In this document: in pieces, positions 20,101-30,713 of the stretch
Position numbering within the stretch: the stretch's first letter is position 1
Layout: each line of letters begins with the position of its first letter
From: a virus
Reading direction: 5' to 3' (one strand)
IMG/VR virus record: IMGVR_UViG_3300024261_000014
Coordinates: 1-64,000 of that record
DNA: 64,000 nucleotides
Notes under the pieces: generated by a model
What the model was told of the DNA's origin: nothing
The model's input: the letters and a program-made list of their open reading frames with translations, nothing else
The model's database searches: none
Position numbers and translations under genes: made by a program

Positions 20101-20857
20101 AATTGTGTTTTACTCTCTCCCACACATTCTTCATCAAAGCATTTCGTTCTTTCTTTTCGAACCCATTAAAATGCCACACCCAACCTACATTCCATAGTAA
20201 ATCACTCTGTAATATTCCCCTTAGATGTAATTGCTGTAGGTTAAATCTCTCATCTAAGAACTCTATCTCGTGTTCACTATTTCGTATCATATAATTGATA
20301 GGTGTTTGGTCTGAACCTTTCTTTACAGTCTCGTGTTGTCTCATTCGTATTTCATCTTCATTTTTGTAATAGAAATCCGTAACACTCTTACACCACTCTT
20401 TGTGTTTTTTATTCAATACAATAAAACCACAATTAAAATATGTTAACCAATCAAACTTCACATCAGGCCAGAAATCTTGGTAACCTTGAATACTATTGTG
20501 TGTCCACTCTATAAAAAATCTATCTTGTATTGCACCGAACTCACCCTTAGATGCTTCAAAGAAATCTGGACAATCCCAATGTACCATCGTATCAATATCA
20601 ACTAATGCCACATTATCATATTCTATACCATTTGCATCTAATACTTCCATTGCATGCCATCTCTGCCAAGTAGGTTTCATACCTGGAACTTTATGTGTTC
20701 CATCACCCTTTGGTCGTAACTCATCTTCTAATATAAATAACTCTACACCATTCTTATCACACCAATATTGCCACGATTTATAACACCATTCAGCATAATC
20801 TAATCTGTCTGGTGCATCTATCATTGCAGTCATAAATACTACATTCTTACTCTTCAT
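20093..20857 (-). CDS. Glycosyltransferase (GT8/GT34-like)
   Basis: VDIDT, YFNCGFIV, DQTPINY, WHFNG. Confidence 0.75.
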   Translation of the reverse strand: MKSKNVVFMTAMIDAPDRLDYAEWCYKSWQYWCDKNGVELFILEDELRPKGDGTHKVPGMKPTWQRWHAMEVLDANGIEYDNVALVDIDTMVHWDCPDFFEASKGEFGAIQDRFFIEWTHNSIQGYQDFWPDVKFDWLTYFNCGFIVLNKKHKEWCKSVTDFYYKNEDEIRMRQHETVKKGSDQTPINYMIRNSEHEIEFLDERFNLQQLHLRGILQSDLLWNVGWVWHFNGFEKKERNALMKNVWERVKHNYA

Positions 20858-21074
20858 TAAAAACCTCTATACATAATATGTTTTTATCATTAACCATTAT
20901 CCAAGTACCATCCATCTGTTTAAACTTAGTGAACTGCCCTTGTAACAATGATTTTGATAAGACATGATTAAATGTTCTTTTCTCACCACCAACAAAATGT
21001 ATGATTTGTGTTACCACTTCACCTACTGCATTTACTGATGACCTTAAATCTGTATATTCTTTACTACTATCCAT
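20847..21074 (-). CDS. Hypothetical protein
   Basis: Coupled small ORF. Confidence 0.55.
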   Translation of the reverse strand: MDSSKEYTDLRSSVNAVGEVVTQIIHFVGGEKRTFNHVLSKSLLQGQFTKFKQMDGTWIMVNDKNILCIEVFNEE

Positions 21075-21687
21075 TTTTCCTTAACCCTACTATCGTTTGT
21101 CCACCCTCTCCTACTTGTGTATCTTTTATACTAACAACTTCAGTATAATAATCAAACACTTTATGATATTCTGGTCTTGGCCAGAAATCGTGTATGAAAA
21201 CGATGGAATCTTCATCTATATAATTTAATACTTTGTATGCACAATCTGTTCTTGCTCTACCATCTATGAATACTATATCAAAATGGTCAACCCCCAAGTT
21301 ATCTACATAATCTATGTACTCACCCCAAACATATTTATCTCTTGGATATACACAATCATCTAACTTTGGTATATTATGATTATCTAAATGTTCTGAAGCA
21401 TATAGTATATTATCATCATACTTGTTCCAAAATTCTTCTCTATTGGTTGGTACACCCTTTGGTATATCACATAAGTGTATTTCTGCGTTATTAAGTTTAT
21501 CATCATATAATTCCTGTTGTACATTCCAATACCAATCTAAGTTATGTTCTATACTATAAAACTTCTTTACATACTTTGGGAATATTGTAGTACTACCACC
21601 ACAACCCCACTCTAACATTACCGAATCATCTTTGCAATAACTCTGTACTAATTCTATTTCTCGTGGATGTATATTAGGTGTTAACAT
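21067..21687 (-). CDS. Class I SAM-dependent methyltransferase
   Basis: LEWGCGGST, SIEH, FIDGRAR, IHDF. Confidence 0.8.
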   Translation of the reverse strand: MLTPNIHPREIELVQSYCKDDSVMLEWGCGGSTTIFPKYVKKFYSIEHNLDWYWNVQQELYDDKLNNAEIHLCDIPKGVPTNREEFWNKYDDNILYASEHLDNHNIPKLDDCVYPRDKYVWGEYIDYVDNLGVDHFDIVFIDGRARTDCAYKVLNYIDEDSIVFIHDFWPRPEYHKVFDYYTEVVSIKDTQVGEGGQTIVGLRKNG

Positions 21688-22214
21688 AATCTTGAAAATG
21701 TATGTCTATCATTTTGGTTACCATAAACTAATTCGTAATCGCGTTCGATTGTTTTAAAACTCATACCATTTCGTGATTCAGCAATTCTATCCCTTGAATC
21801 AGAACCACCCTCAAATAGTATATGTTTACCTTTCTTAATCATATCTTGTATAAACTCATTATCTAATATTTTTTTGATTCTTTGACCTTCGTTATGAACA
21901 TCTATGTAGAGTAAATCAAATTCTATTGGATTATCAAAGTATGTATCATAACTTTCATTGTAGTAATATATATCATCTACGATGCCCCAAGTACCAAAGT
22001 TTTTTGATGCACCTTGATATTTTTCTTCATCTAATTCTCGTGAATGTAATTCACCACCATAAGTTTCTTGTGCTTTTCTCATATAGATTGTTGTAGAACC
22101 CCAACCACTGCCAAACTCTATAATAGTTTTAGGTTTATGTTCTATAACATAATCATACATCTTTTCCAAATAACCTTTAGGATAAGGTGTTGGAAGATTT
22201 ACATTTGGGTACAT
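21681..22214 (-). CDS. Class I SAM-dependent methyltransferase
   Basis: IIEFGSGWGSTT, FDLLYIDVHN. Confidence 0.78.
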   Translation of the reverse strand: MYPNVNLPTPYPKGYLEKMYDYVIEHKPKTIIEFGSGWGSTTIYMRKAQETYGGELHSRELDEEKYQGASKNFGTWGIVDDIYYYNESYDTYFDNPIEFDLLYIDVHNEGQRIKKILDNEFIQDMIKKGKHILFEGGSDSRDRIAESRNGMSFKTIERDYELVYGNQNDRHTFSRLC

Positions 22215-23380
22215 TACCAGCCTTTTTTAATAGTCTGAACGATATACTCTCGTTCTTTTTTAGTAACCCACCACCCAACTGGTATTGCAATTAATCTTGG
22301 TGCAATCCTATCAAGTGTAGGTAGGTTTCTCTGAAATTCCTTTACACAACTATGAATATCATTTCTCTCGTGAACTTGTGATACCATAATATCGTGTTTC
22401 TTCATATGTTCCATAAAATCATCTTTTCTATCAACTAATAAACTATAAATCCAAAACGATGATTTGTGATTAGGTTTTCTTTCTAATAATTGTACATCTG
22501 TTACATCACTCAACTCTTCATCATAGTATTGTGCGTTATCTTGGTGTTTACCAACTATCTCATCTAAATGTTTAAAGTTCTCAATACCAAGTGTTGCAGC
22601 AATATCATTCATATGAAATTTGAATCCCCACTCTTTGATATCCTCTTCACATCTGAAATCTTTCTTATTAGATTCTCTATCTATACCATACCATCTTAAC
22701 AACTTAGACCTATCATATGATTCTCTATCTGGTGTGATTAATATCCCACCATCACCCGTTGTGATATGTTTAATTGCCTGGAAACTGAAAGTACTCCAAT
22801 TACCATATGAACCTACTGGTTTGTTATTATATGTAGAACCCATCGCGTGAGCACAATCTTCTATAATTGCTGGTTTAAAACCAAATCTTTTTTCTGTGTT
22901 CCTTGCAATCATATCTAATCTATCTAAATCGACTGGATAACCACCCCAATGTACAACAAATATAACTTTTGTTTTCTTTGTTATCTTTCTCTCTAAATCC
23001 ACTAAATCCATATTCAATGTGTTCTCATCTACATCAACCCATTTTATTTTTAGGTTGTTTGCAAGTATTGGCCAATTGGTTGCAGTACAAGTTAGTGGTG
23101 TAGTTAATACTTCATCACCATCTTTTAAACCAGGCCATACTTCTCTTGATGCACACCCATCAAATACTTCTTGTATTGGATTCTTCAATTGATGTAGTGC
23201 CAAATGTTCTGCAGATGTTGCAGCATTTACAGTCGATATATAATCAACTCCAAAGTATTCTTTTAGATTACTTTCAAATTCTTCTACCTTTGGCCCTTGT
23301 CCTATAAACCCACTCTCCAATACCTTTCGTACTGATTTGTGAGCATTCTTGTCCATAAATACTTTAAATAGTGGTATCAT
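22214..23380 (-). CDS. DegT/DnrJ/EryC1/StrS sugar aminotransferase
   Basis: GPKVEEFE, VHWGG, IEDCAHA, FSFQAIKHITTGDGG. Confidence 0.93.
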   Translation of the reverse strand: MIPLFKVFMDKNAHKSVRKVLESGFIGQGPKVEEFESNLKEYFGVDYISTVNAATSAEHLALHQLKNPIQEVFDGCASREVWPGLKDGDEVLTTPLTCTATNWPILANNLKIKWVDVDENTLNMDLVDLERKITKKTKVIFVVHWGGYPVDLDRLDMIARNTEKRFGFKPAIIEDCAHAMGSTYNNKPVGSYGNWSTFSFQAIKHITTGDGGILITPDRESYDRSKLLRWYGIDRESNKKDFRCEEDIKEWGFKFHMNDIAATLGIENFKHLDEIVGKHQDNAQYYDEELSDVTDVQLLERKPNHKSSFWIYSLLVDRKDDFMEHMKKHDIMVSQVHERNDIHSCVKEFQRNLPTLDRIAPRLIAIPVGWWVTKKEREYIVQTIKKGW

Positions 23381-24101
23381 CTAAGTATCTCCTCGCTTCC
23401 TTGTTCCATAAATCTATGGTTTCTTGTGGTCTTGTTTCTCCTCTACCATAATGGAAGAAGAATGGTTTTTGATTGATTGAACATTGTTCTCCGTGTGGTA
23501 AATTTAAAATGTGTTTTGATTTATCACCAACATATTGTCCTTGCATTGTAAATGATGTATTCTCTAATATAATACAACTCTCTCTATTCTCTGCTGCTAC
23601 CTTAGTTATGTTACCACAACTATCAATGTGAGTTGCATCAGGATACAAATCATACTTCTCAAAATTCTCTCGTTTAAATATCATAAACATTTCTCTACAT
23701 ATACTTCTATCAAACCTATTACTCACCAAGAAAACATTTTCTATTAGTGGTAATATATCCTCTGTCCAAGTATCAAGGAATAATATATCTGAATCTAAAA
23801 AACAAACTATTGGATTGGAAGTATTTTTCATACCCATTGTTAATCCTGCAGAATGATTTATACTACCATCACCAGGTTTCTTCCAAACACCATTTTGTGG
23901 GCCTTTTAATATCTGATAGTTATCCTTATCCTTATAAAGTTCTTTGTATCGTTTTACATCATCACCATTATCAACTATAGTTACATCAAATGGATGGTCT
24001 ACGAACTTCTCCACACTTTCAAGTGCGAGTTTTACATACTCGGTATTCTTGAAACTTACTATTATAAAATCTATTTTATTTAATGTGTTGACCACTATCA
24101 T
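23364..24101 (-). CDS. Glycosyltransferase family 2-like
   Basis: IIVSF, IVDNG, H..GL, FLDSD. Confidence 0.75.
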   Translation of the reverse strand: MIVVNTLNKIDFIIVSFKNTEYVKLALESVEKFVDHPFDVTIVDNGDDVKRYKELYKDKDNYQILKGPQNGVWKKPGDGSINHSAGLTMGMKNTSNPIVCFLDSDILFLDTWTEDILPLIENVFLVSNRFDRSICREMFMIFKRENFEKYDLYPDATHIDSCGNITKVAAENRESCIILENTSFTMQGQYVGDKSKHILNLPHGEQCSINQKPFFFHYGRGETRPQETIDLWNKEARRYLDDTTI

Positions 24102-24819
24102 CCCTTGAATTTGAATTGTAAGTATGTCCTTCTAACCCAAAATTAATAAATGGATTAAGTGATACTACATCACAATCATACACTAATTTTAATCTTTTCT
24201 TTACCGCAATTGTTTGTGGTTCAATACTACCAACCCATTTAGAAGCACTCGTGTAGTTATCTGCACTATGCCAATCTGATTCGGTATATGTTGGGTCATA
24301 TAACTCCCCATCAATACTACCACAATCATGTCCAACTAAAATAATATTCTGAGCACCCATATATGCTGCGAGATTTAATGCACTCGTAACAGTCGAGCGA
24401 GATACAACTAATTTATCTGTACCTATTACTGATAACACCTCGTCGCCCATCTCCGCACTTTTGTTATCTAAGTGTTCGAAATACCAACCACTTTTCTCTG
24501 GTGCAAGATTTGGTTTATTCTTACCATCTGATAAATGAGCAGTATGATATTCTGAAAAAATCAATTTAATATCAGTTTTTTTAATCTCTTCTACCATTCT
24601 GGTAAATCGTGGTCGTTCTCGTAAATCCTTTGCTATCACATAGTTACAAGGAAACTTCTTGAAAACATTATTAACCCCAATTACAATCTTATCAGTAAAG
24701 AATCTTGCTGGAAAATAATCCGAACTTGGACCAGCACAAATCACATAAATATCTTTACCTTTATGTGTATCCTTAAATTCCTTTATACTTCTATAATCCA
24801 TAAACCCTCTTATAAACAA
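24076..24819 (-). CDS. DUF115/Maf/MptE-like (sialyltransferase-like) protein
   Basis: FKDTHKGKDIYVICAGPS, IGVN, AAYMGAQNIILVGHD; adjacent to neuA. Confidence 0.65.
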   Translation of the reverse strand: MFIRGFMDYRSIKEFKDTHKGKDIYVICAGPSSDYFPARFFTDKIVIGVNNVFKKFPCNYVIAKDLRERPRFTRMVEEIKKTDIKLIFSEYHTAHLSDGKNKPNLAPEKSGWYFEHLDNKSAEMGDEVLSVIGTDKLVVSRSTVTSALNLAAYMGAQNIILVGHDCGSIDGELYDPTYTESDWHSADNYTSASKWVGSIEPQTIAVKKRLKLVYDCDVVSLNPFINFGLEGHTYNSNSRDDSGQHIK

Positions 24820-25441
24820 ACTCTGCTGTCATAAAATCAAACTCTGTATCTATATCAATACTTTCTATTTCATCTGTGATATGAAATGTAGGTTCAACTA
24901 CAACATTCTTATGTTTGTATAAATCTTCTTTGGATAAAATACAACAACCATAATTTACCGAATAGATATCAGGTAAATCTTGCGAGTTTGGTGATTCACT
25001 TGGGTTATAATTCAATGGTCTACCATCTAACCACATATGATGTTTTTGTGGTGTGACAGTAACAATATTTTTTAAATCATTTTCCTTATACTTAGTAACT
25101 ATCTCTGTAATAGTTTCACTACTTAGTAATGGTGATGTACAAGGTGCATACATAATATCACCCTCATCAACTATCGTGGATAGGTTTTGCATAAAATCAC
25201 TATTGTTAACAATGTTACTTGCAAAGTGTTCATCTCTTTTGTGTGTACTAACATTGTGTTTTTCTGCAATAAATAACATTTCATCAGAATCACTCGATAC
25301 AATTATCTCATCGATACCTTGTACTTTCTTTAGTGTTTCTATTTTTATGTCTAATAGAGTAGAGTTAGCAAAAGGTTTTAGATTTTTATTCTTTACCCTT
25401 TGTGAACCTGCTCTTACTGGTATGATTGCTGTTAATTTCAT
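24791..25441 (-). CDS. neuA: Acylneuraminate (nonulosonate) cytidylyltransferase
   Basis: IIPVRAGSQRVKNKN, VSSDS, TSPLL, SQDLP, SIDIDTEFDF. Confidence 0.9.
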   Translation of the reverse strand: MKLTAIIPVRAGSQRVKNKNLKPFANSTLLDIKIETLKKVQGIDEIIVSSDSDEMLFIAEKHNVSTHKRDEHFASNIVNNSDFMQNLSTIVDEGDIMYAPCTSPLLSSETITEIVTKYKENDLKNIVTVTPQKHHMWLDGRPLNYNPSESPNSQDLPDIYSVNYGCCILSKEDLYKHKNVVVEPTFHITDEIESIDIDTEFDFMTAEFVYKRVYGL

Positions 25442-25462
25442 AATAACCCTTTAATATAAATA

Positions 25463-26083
25463 TTAATAAATTTTGTAAAGAGAACATTTTTTTGTCTCTG
25501 TTTCTGGTGTTCTCCAATATGTCCACGCGTTTCCGTTTTTATATATATTGTAAATATCTGTGTACATCTCAACATTTAATTCACACTCGAACAACTTATG
25601 TTTGTAGAAATCCATTTCTATTCGTCTTGGTATTTCGTGGTGTGATGGCCAATGCGTTTCATATTGTAATAAATCTGTAATCAATAATGGTTTATCAACC
25701 CTCGTGTACATTAACTCAAATAACATTTTGTGGTCTATCATCCCATACTCACCCATTGGATTATGTGTAAATACAAAATCACATTCCTTTGAGTTTACAC
25801 AATCCACAATAGTGTTTTGCATATCCTCTAATGTAGTTCCACGAGTTTCTAATTTATAAAATTCTGATGGATAATCAAAACAAGTTAATGGAATTTCATA
25901 CTTATCACATACTTCTTGTAATAGAAGTTTCCTATGAGCATATTCTTGTCTTACTGGATTATTAAAATCCGTACTACACATTATGATTTCTTTTTCATAA
26001 TCATCATCTTGGAATATTGGCCAACCAAATATTATCTCATCATCGGGATGTGCCAACACCATTACTACCTTTGTTTTAGCCAT
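25463..26083 (-). CDS. PIG-L/LmbE family deacetylase
   Basis: AHPDDE, THNPMGEYG..DH; start trimmed to MAKT. Confidence 0.8.
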   Translation of the reverse strand: MAKTKVVMVLAHPDDEIIFGWPIFQDDDYEKEIIMCSTDFNNPVRQEYAHRKLLLQEVCDKYEIPLTCFDYPSEFYKLETRGTTLEDMQNTIVDCVNSKECDFVFTHNPMGEYGMIDHKMLFELMYTRVDKPLLITDLLQYETHWPSHHEIPRRIEMDFYKHKLFECELNVEMYTDIYNIYKNGNAWTYWRTPETETKKCSLYKIY

Positions 26084-26846
26084 CTTGATTCTCCAAATAA
26101 TAATCTGCAACTTTTTTATGTCCAGTATGTAGTATGATTACATCATCAATACCCACACTCATATCACAAACACACCATTGAAATGGTAATATGTAAGGAT
26201 TAACCCCACTCTTCCATATTGCTCTCCACATTGATAAAGGGCCTCTTGCTGGATTTGTTTCCATCTCGTTACAATATTCTTCTAATAATTTTCTACCACT
26301 CTCACTTTTGGTATGTAGAGCAATTGGTGACATATTCGTAATCATACCATTACCTCGTGTTACATCTTCATTAATATTATAATTACCATCCATACCACGA
26401 ATACCATCAAACCTAACCTGTAGTCTTGGATTCTCAGGAATAGTAACTCCAAACTTTTCTGTTAGTGGTAGTAGTGTATTCACTTCACTATTAACTACAT
26501 ACATATCTGAATCCATACATATAGCATAATCCTTATCAGATTCCAACAAACCTTTTACTTTGTAATAATCATTACTTCTATTTCCATATCGCTCTTCACC
26601 TTTACTTGAAATGTGATTATCCTTGAAAATATTATCAGTAACATTAATTACTTTATAAGTGATATCAGTTTGTACACTAATCTCTGTATCTGTATATATT
26701 GTTAAACTTACATCGTGTTCATCACTTATATTATCTGTGAATGTAGTTAATGTTGGGTCTAATCGTTGTGAACCATCAAAAACATTTCCACCCATATTTT
26801 TTCGTTCTTCTCCGAACTCTGCCATTACTAATTCTATGCTAGCCAT
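26076..26846 (-). CDS. GT-A-like glycosyltransferase
   Basis: CMDSDM, YILPFQW, ILH. Confidence 0.55.
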   Translation of the reverse strand: MASIELVMAEFGEERKNMGGNVFDGSQRLDPTLTTFTDNISDEHDVSLTIYTDTEISVQTDITYKVINVTDNIFKDNHISSKGEERYGNRSNDYYKVKGLLESDKDYAICMDSDMYVVNSEVNTLLPLTEKFGVTIPENPRLQVRFDGIRGMDGNYNINEDVTRGNGMITNMSPIALHTKSESGRKLLEEYCNEMETNPARGPLSMWRAIWKSGVNPYILPFQWCVCDMSVGIDDVIILHTGHKKVADYYLENQDG

Positions 26847-26873
26847 CGTTTAATATCCTTGTTCTTAACTCGG

Positions 26874-27695
26874 TTAATATCGCCATGCTAATCTCCTACC
26901 ATCTTCATTATCTATCTTTACCTTTGGGTAATACTTTGGATGTAAATATCTGAACACTTCTTGGTCATCTGCCAATTTCATATGTTCAGGTGCTTCTGGT
27001 GGATGTTGTGTGAATTGTTTATCGTATTTTAATTTCAACGCTTCTTCAAGTAATTCAATTAAGAACTCCGTTTTTCCAATCACAACTCCACTATTCAAAT
27101 ATAATCCTTTTTGGTTATCCATATGTGATAATGCTTCTCTTCCCCACTCTCCGTGAAAACCACCTTTGTTTCCTTTACAAAATGTAGTACTCATAAATAA
27201 TGCATCACAATCATAACCATAGAATATATCTATAATTTTTTGTGGGTCATCTTGAAAAATAACATCTCCCGCATCACACCACATTGATAATTCTGTTTGT
27301 TCATTATTTTTTAAATATTCTAAAATCCATTCTTCTTTCATTAAGTGAGAATACATACCATACTTCTCAATCATCTTCTCGTCCACTATATGGTGGCCAC
27401 ACACGGGTTTCGATACAACTACGGGTGTTCCTATGCCTAAATGTTCTAAATTTCTTTCAAAAATAGTTACCTTTCTACCATCTTCCAATTCGTATAATTG
27501 ATTGTAACGATGTAGTTTAGATTCCGCAGTTCCTGTCTCATCATCAATATAATTGTGGGCAGTTATAAAAGTTATATTATCAGGTTTGGTATAAGAATCC
27601 TTTTGTACATCATTCTCTATCATCCAGTCCATAATCTCTCTTGCGTGTTCACCCGCGTGAACGATTGGTTGTTTTATCTCTGAATGTGGTCTCAT
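26874..27695 (-). CDS. PLOD/LH3-like glycosyltransferase domain protein
   Basis: DAGDVIF, YLNSGVVIG, DDQEVF resemble the GT-domain motifs of lysyl hydroxylase LH3. Confidence 0.6.
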   Translation of the reverse strand: MRPHSEIKQPIVHAGEHAREIMDWMIENDVQKDSYTKPDNITFITAHNYIDDETGTAESKLHRYNQLYELEDGRKVTIFERNLEHLGIGTPVVVSKPVCGHHIVDEKMIEKYGMYSHLMKEEWILEYLKNNEQTELSMWCDAGDVIFQDDPQKIIDIFYGYDCDALFMSTTFCKGNKGGFHGEWGREALSHMDNQKGLYLNSGVVIGKTEFLIELLEEALKLKYDKQFTQHPPEAPEHMKLADDQEVFRYLHPKYYPKVKIDNEDGRRLAWRY

Positions 27696-28366
27696 AATCT
27701 ATCCATAATATATTCTGCAAATAGTTCGTGAGCTTTTTCATTAGGATGGTATTCTGGTTTTAATCCAGCATACTCTAATGCAAATTCTCTAAATGTTTCA
27801 CTTGGGTTAATCAAACTTGGAAACCTACCTGTATCAATATTTTGTATATACAACTTGTTCACTTTATCTAAATCAAACCCATCTATAATCTCTGCTCCAG
27901 TCTGATTCCACATTGTATGCTGTCCACCATCTATTTTGAAAAAGAAATAATTGATATTATGTTTTTTTAGGAATGATTCTACAACTGATACTTCCCACAT
28001 AAAATCTAACATATCCTTTTCTGTGGATTGGAACATACCATAGTAATAATATGGAGCATCGTGTCTGTTACCTACTGAATTAGGTGTTAACCCTTTCCAA
28101 CCACCATCGTAATACTCCCACCTTGAAACCAAACTCCACCCAACAACAACATCTAAATCTTTTGTATCTTTACCACTATCAACATACTCCATCAAGTAAT
28201 CCATAGTCTTTCTACAAATTTCTTCATTACCTGCACCACATCTTGCGTGGTTTATAACATTCATATTTCTTGTACTTGATATTATAGATGGAAACCTCTG
28301 AACTTCAGGATGTCCTAATTCATCCCCAAGAGTAAAACTACAACCATTTGCGTATAATGTTTTCAT
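27692..28366 (-). CDS. SGNH/GDSL-like hydrolase
   Basis: LYANGCSFT, GAGN, HPN. Confidence 0.7.
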   Translation of the reverse strand: MKTLYANGCSFTLGDELGHPEVQRFPSIISSTRNMNVINHARCGAGNEEICRKTMDYLMEYVDSGKDTKDLDVVVGWSLVSRWEYYDGGWKGLTPNSVGNRHDAPYYYYGMFQSTEKDMLDFMWEVSVVESFLKKHNINYFFFKIDGGQHTMWNQTGAEIIDGFDLDKVNKLYIQNIDTGRFPSLINPSETFREFALEYAGLKPEYHPNEKAHELFAEYIMDRL

Positions 28367-28473
28367 TTATATATAAACGGGTCTTTTTTCTTTACATTCT
28401 GCAATTTCCTTTTAATCTTACGATTCATTCTAAAATCTTCTATCTTATTTAGTATCCAATACCACAATCTCAC
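28363..28473 (-). CDS. 36 aa peptide ending KKDPFIYK
   Basis: Manual translation; GTG start overlaps the upstream stop and TGA overlaps the downstream ATG. Confidence 0.6.
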   Translation of the reverse strand: MRLWYWILNKIEDFRMNRKIKRKLQNVKKKDPFIYK

Positions 28474-29453
28474 AATACTTCCTCTAATATTTCATCCCAA
28501 TTATTATCATATGTAATACCTCTATCATCTATATAATATTCTGCTCTTGGTTTCTCCCAAGTGATTTCATCTACATATTGTAATACATCGTGTTTATCCA
28601 ACCACTCTTCTACTAATTCTATCCCAGTCTTTCCATTTACTAATGGTCTATCAGGTCTACCTTTAGCAGTAAAGATTATTATATTCCACTTCGTGTATAA
28701 TTTTCTTAATGCTTCTAAACTACCTGGTAGTGGTTCTCCATAACAAGTACCATCATACCAACCCTTATCCATATTGTGAATAACACCATCAAAATCAACT
28801 GCAATATTCTTTTGTTCGTTCTCAAATCCAGGTGGTACATTCAAATTAGATATTTCAGTATTTACTTCTGATTCTATTCCCAAATCTTCAAATCTTCTTT
28901 GGGTTGCTTTATCAGCAATAGTTGGACATTTAAAACCAGCACCATGAATTAATTCATATGTTAATGCAAGTGATAATATTTCTGATGTGTGATAATTTAT
29001 AACATCAAAACTTATAGGAAGAATCCTAACATCTAAATCTTCTTTTGGTTGAGCACTCCACAAACATCCATTCATACCAATATCAACAGCATAATTCAAC
29101 GCGTTTACTAATGAGTTTGATGATGCTCCTGTCGTTGAACAACTCATCCCAATTGCCAAACACTTAGAAGTATCCAATCCTCGTGTTCTTATCTCTAACC
29201 ACTTTGACAACCAAGTTTCAAATGATTCATCTGAAATAATTGATGTTGCAAGGATACCACTACCTGGAGCAATAATATTCTTATCTGTTAATCTTGAACC
29301 ATCAATTGCTGCGTGGTCAGCTATTCCAAGATTACCACCATGCCCAAACAAAAAGATATGTTCTGCTTTATTATATTTTTCTTGTAATTTTTTCCATTCA
29401 TCGGTTCTACCTATACTCTTAAACTTTCTATCAAAATTTTCTATATTAACCAT
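28470..29453 (-). CDS. SIS sugar isomerase (GmhA-like) fused to a HAD phosphatase
   Basis: FLFGHGGNLGIADHAAID N-terminal; AVDFDGVI...FTA...KP...YIDDRG C-terminal. Confidence 0.78.
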   Translation of the reverse strand: MVNIENFDRKFKSIGRTDEWKKLQEKYNKAEHIFLFGHGGNLGIADHAAIDGSRLTDKNIIAPGSGILATSIISDESFETWLSKWLEIRTRGLDTSKCLAIGMSCSTTGASSNSLVNALNYAVDIGMNGCLWSAQPKEDLDVRILPISFDVINYHTSEILSLALTYELIHGAGFKCPTIADKATQRRFEDLGIESEVNTEISNLNVPPGFENEQKNIAVDFDGVIHNMDKGWYDGTCYGEPLPGSLEALRKLYTKWNIIIFTAKGRPDRPLVNGKTGIELVEEWLDKHDVLQYVDEITWEKPRAEYYIDDRGITYDNNWDEILEEVL

Positions 29454-30474
29454 CTGTTTCTTCCTCATTTATTTCTTTAAACATATTAACAACATGCTCT
29501 AAATAATTTTTCACATCATATACTTTTAAATATTGTTCTCTTGCATAAGTAGTTACTTTATCATTAAGGTTATTAAAATCTTCTACAATACCACCAACTA
29601 CCTCATTTAAATCTGACCAATCATATTGAACTCCGAAATATGTTTTACCCTCTACATACATATTTGGTGCAGTATCAACTAACCCCATTGTTGGTTTAAC
29701 CATTATTGTATTCGTTGCCCATATCTCAAAATCTCTAAAACATATCTCACCCATACCAAATGGTGATAAACAAACTTTAGAATTATATAAATAGTTAATA
29801 TAATCTTGATATGGTAACATATCTTTATTAGATATAAAATCAATACTCAACTCATTCCACGCACCCCTTCTATGTTTAGTATATGGAATATCATTTCTCA
29901 TTTCGTGTTCATAATTCTCTTTGTGTTCTGCTTGATATATTGCACAAACATCATATGGTTTAACATTTGCTGATGGCATTATTAAATCCTTATCAAATAA
30001 ATGTCCTTGTAAATATCCAAGATTCCATCCACTCAATGCTATTTTTTTCCACTCATCTTCAGTAATATCGTAACTTAGGTTATTTTCACCTTTACCCCAA
30101 AACCATCTACCAAAATCCGCGGGAGTATTATATAATTCTCGTTTTAATAACTGATTCTTTATATAACGCGTTGGGTTAGTATTTCTCATCACCTCAATAC
30201 CACCCATCAATGATGTAGAATCTGAACCATCAAACATCATAAATCTACCACCTTGTGTTAGTTTCTCTACATTTTCAGTTCCCCATTCAATACTATATTT
30301 CAATGGTATCTTTTTATTTATAAAATCATGCATACCAATAAACATTACATCAAAATCATCTGATTCAGTTATTTCTACACCATAATTTCTAAAATGGTCT
30401 TTACACGCCATAAATATTCTAAATGTTGGTTCGTTTCTATCAAGAGTCGGATTTATAACTTTTACTTTTATCAT
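29446..30474 (-). CDS. GT-B-like glycosyltransferase
   Basis: SKVCLSPFGMGEICFRDFE. Confidence 0.65.
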   Translation of the reverse strand: MIKVKVINPTLDRNEPTFRIFMACKDHFRNYGVEITESDDFDVMFIGMHDFINKKIPLKYSIEWGTENVEKLTQGGRFMMFDGSDSTSLMGGIEVMRNTNPTRYIKNQLLKRELYNTPADFGRWFWGKGENNLSYDITEDEWKKIALSGWNLGYLQGHLFDKDLIMPSANVKPYDVCAIYQAEHKENYEHEMRNDIPYTKHRRGAWNELSIDFISNKDMLPYQDYINYLYNSKVCLSPFGMGEICFRDFEIWATNTIMVKPTMGLVDTAPNMYVEGKTYFGVQYDWSDLNEVVGGIVEDFNNLNDKVTTYAREQYLKVYDVKNYLEHVVNMFKEINEEETDG

Positions 30475-30713
30475 AGATGGGTATCCATTATTATTGCACT
30501 ATAAAGTTGATTTTGGGTTTCTTGTTTATGTATGGTTTTTGGGTGATACAAACTCAATTCCTCTTGTGGTGGTATATGAGCAAAGGTTTTACAGCCCGTA
30601 ATCATTTCGTGTACTTTTCTTCTCCACCTAATATCTGGTGAATTTCTAAATACTCTTGATTGAAAATCGGGCGAATTAATTATCGGAACTTTATATTTTA
30701 CTTTGACTTTCAT
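30471..30713 (-). CDS. C-terminal fragment of a split GT2 glycosyltransferase
   Basis: PDFQSRVFRN...W..KVHE...LYH is the GT2 C-terminal half; has its own AAGGTTAT RBS. Confidence 0.75.
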   Translation of the reverse strand: MKVKVKYKVPIINSPDFQSRVFRNSPDIRWRRKVHEMITGCKTFAHIPPQEELSLYHPKTIHKQETQNQLYSAIIMDTHL

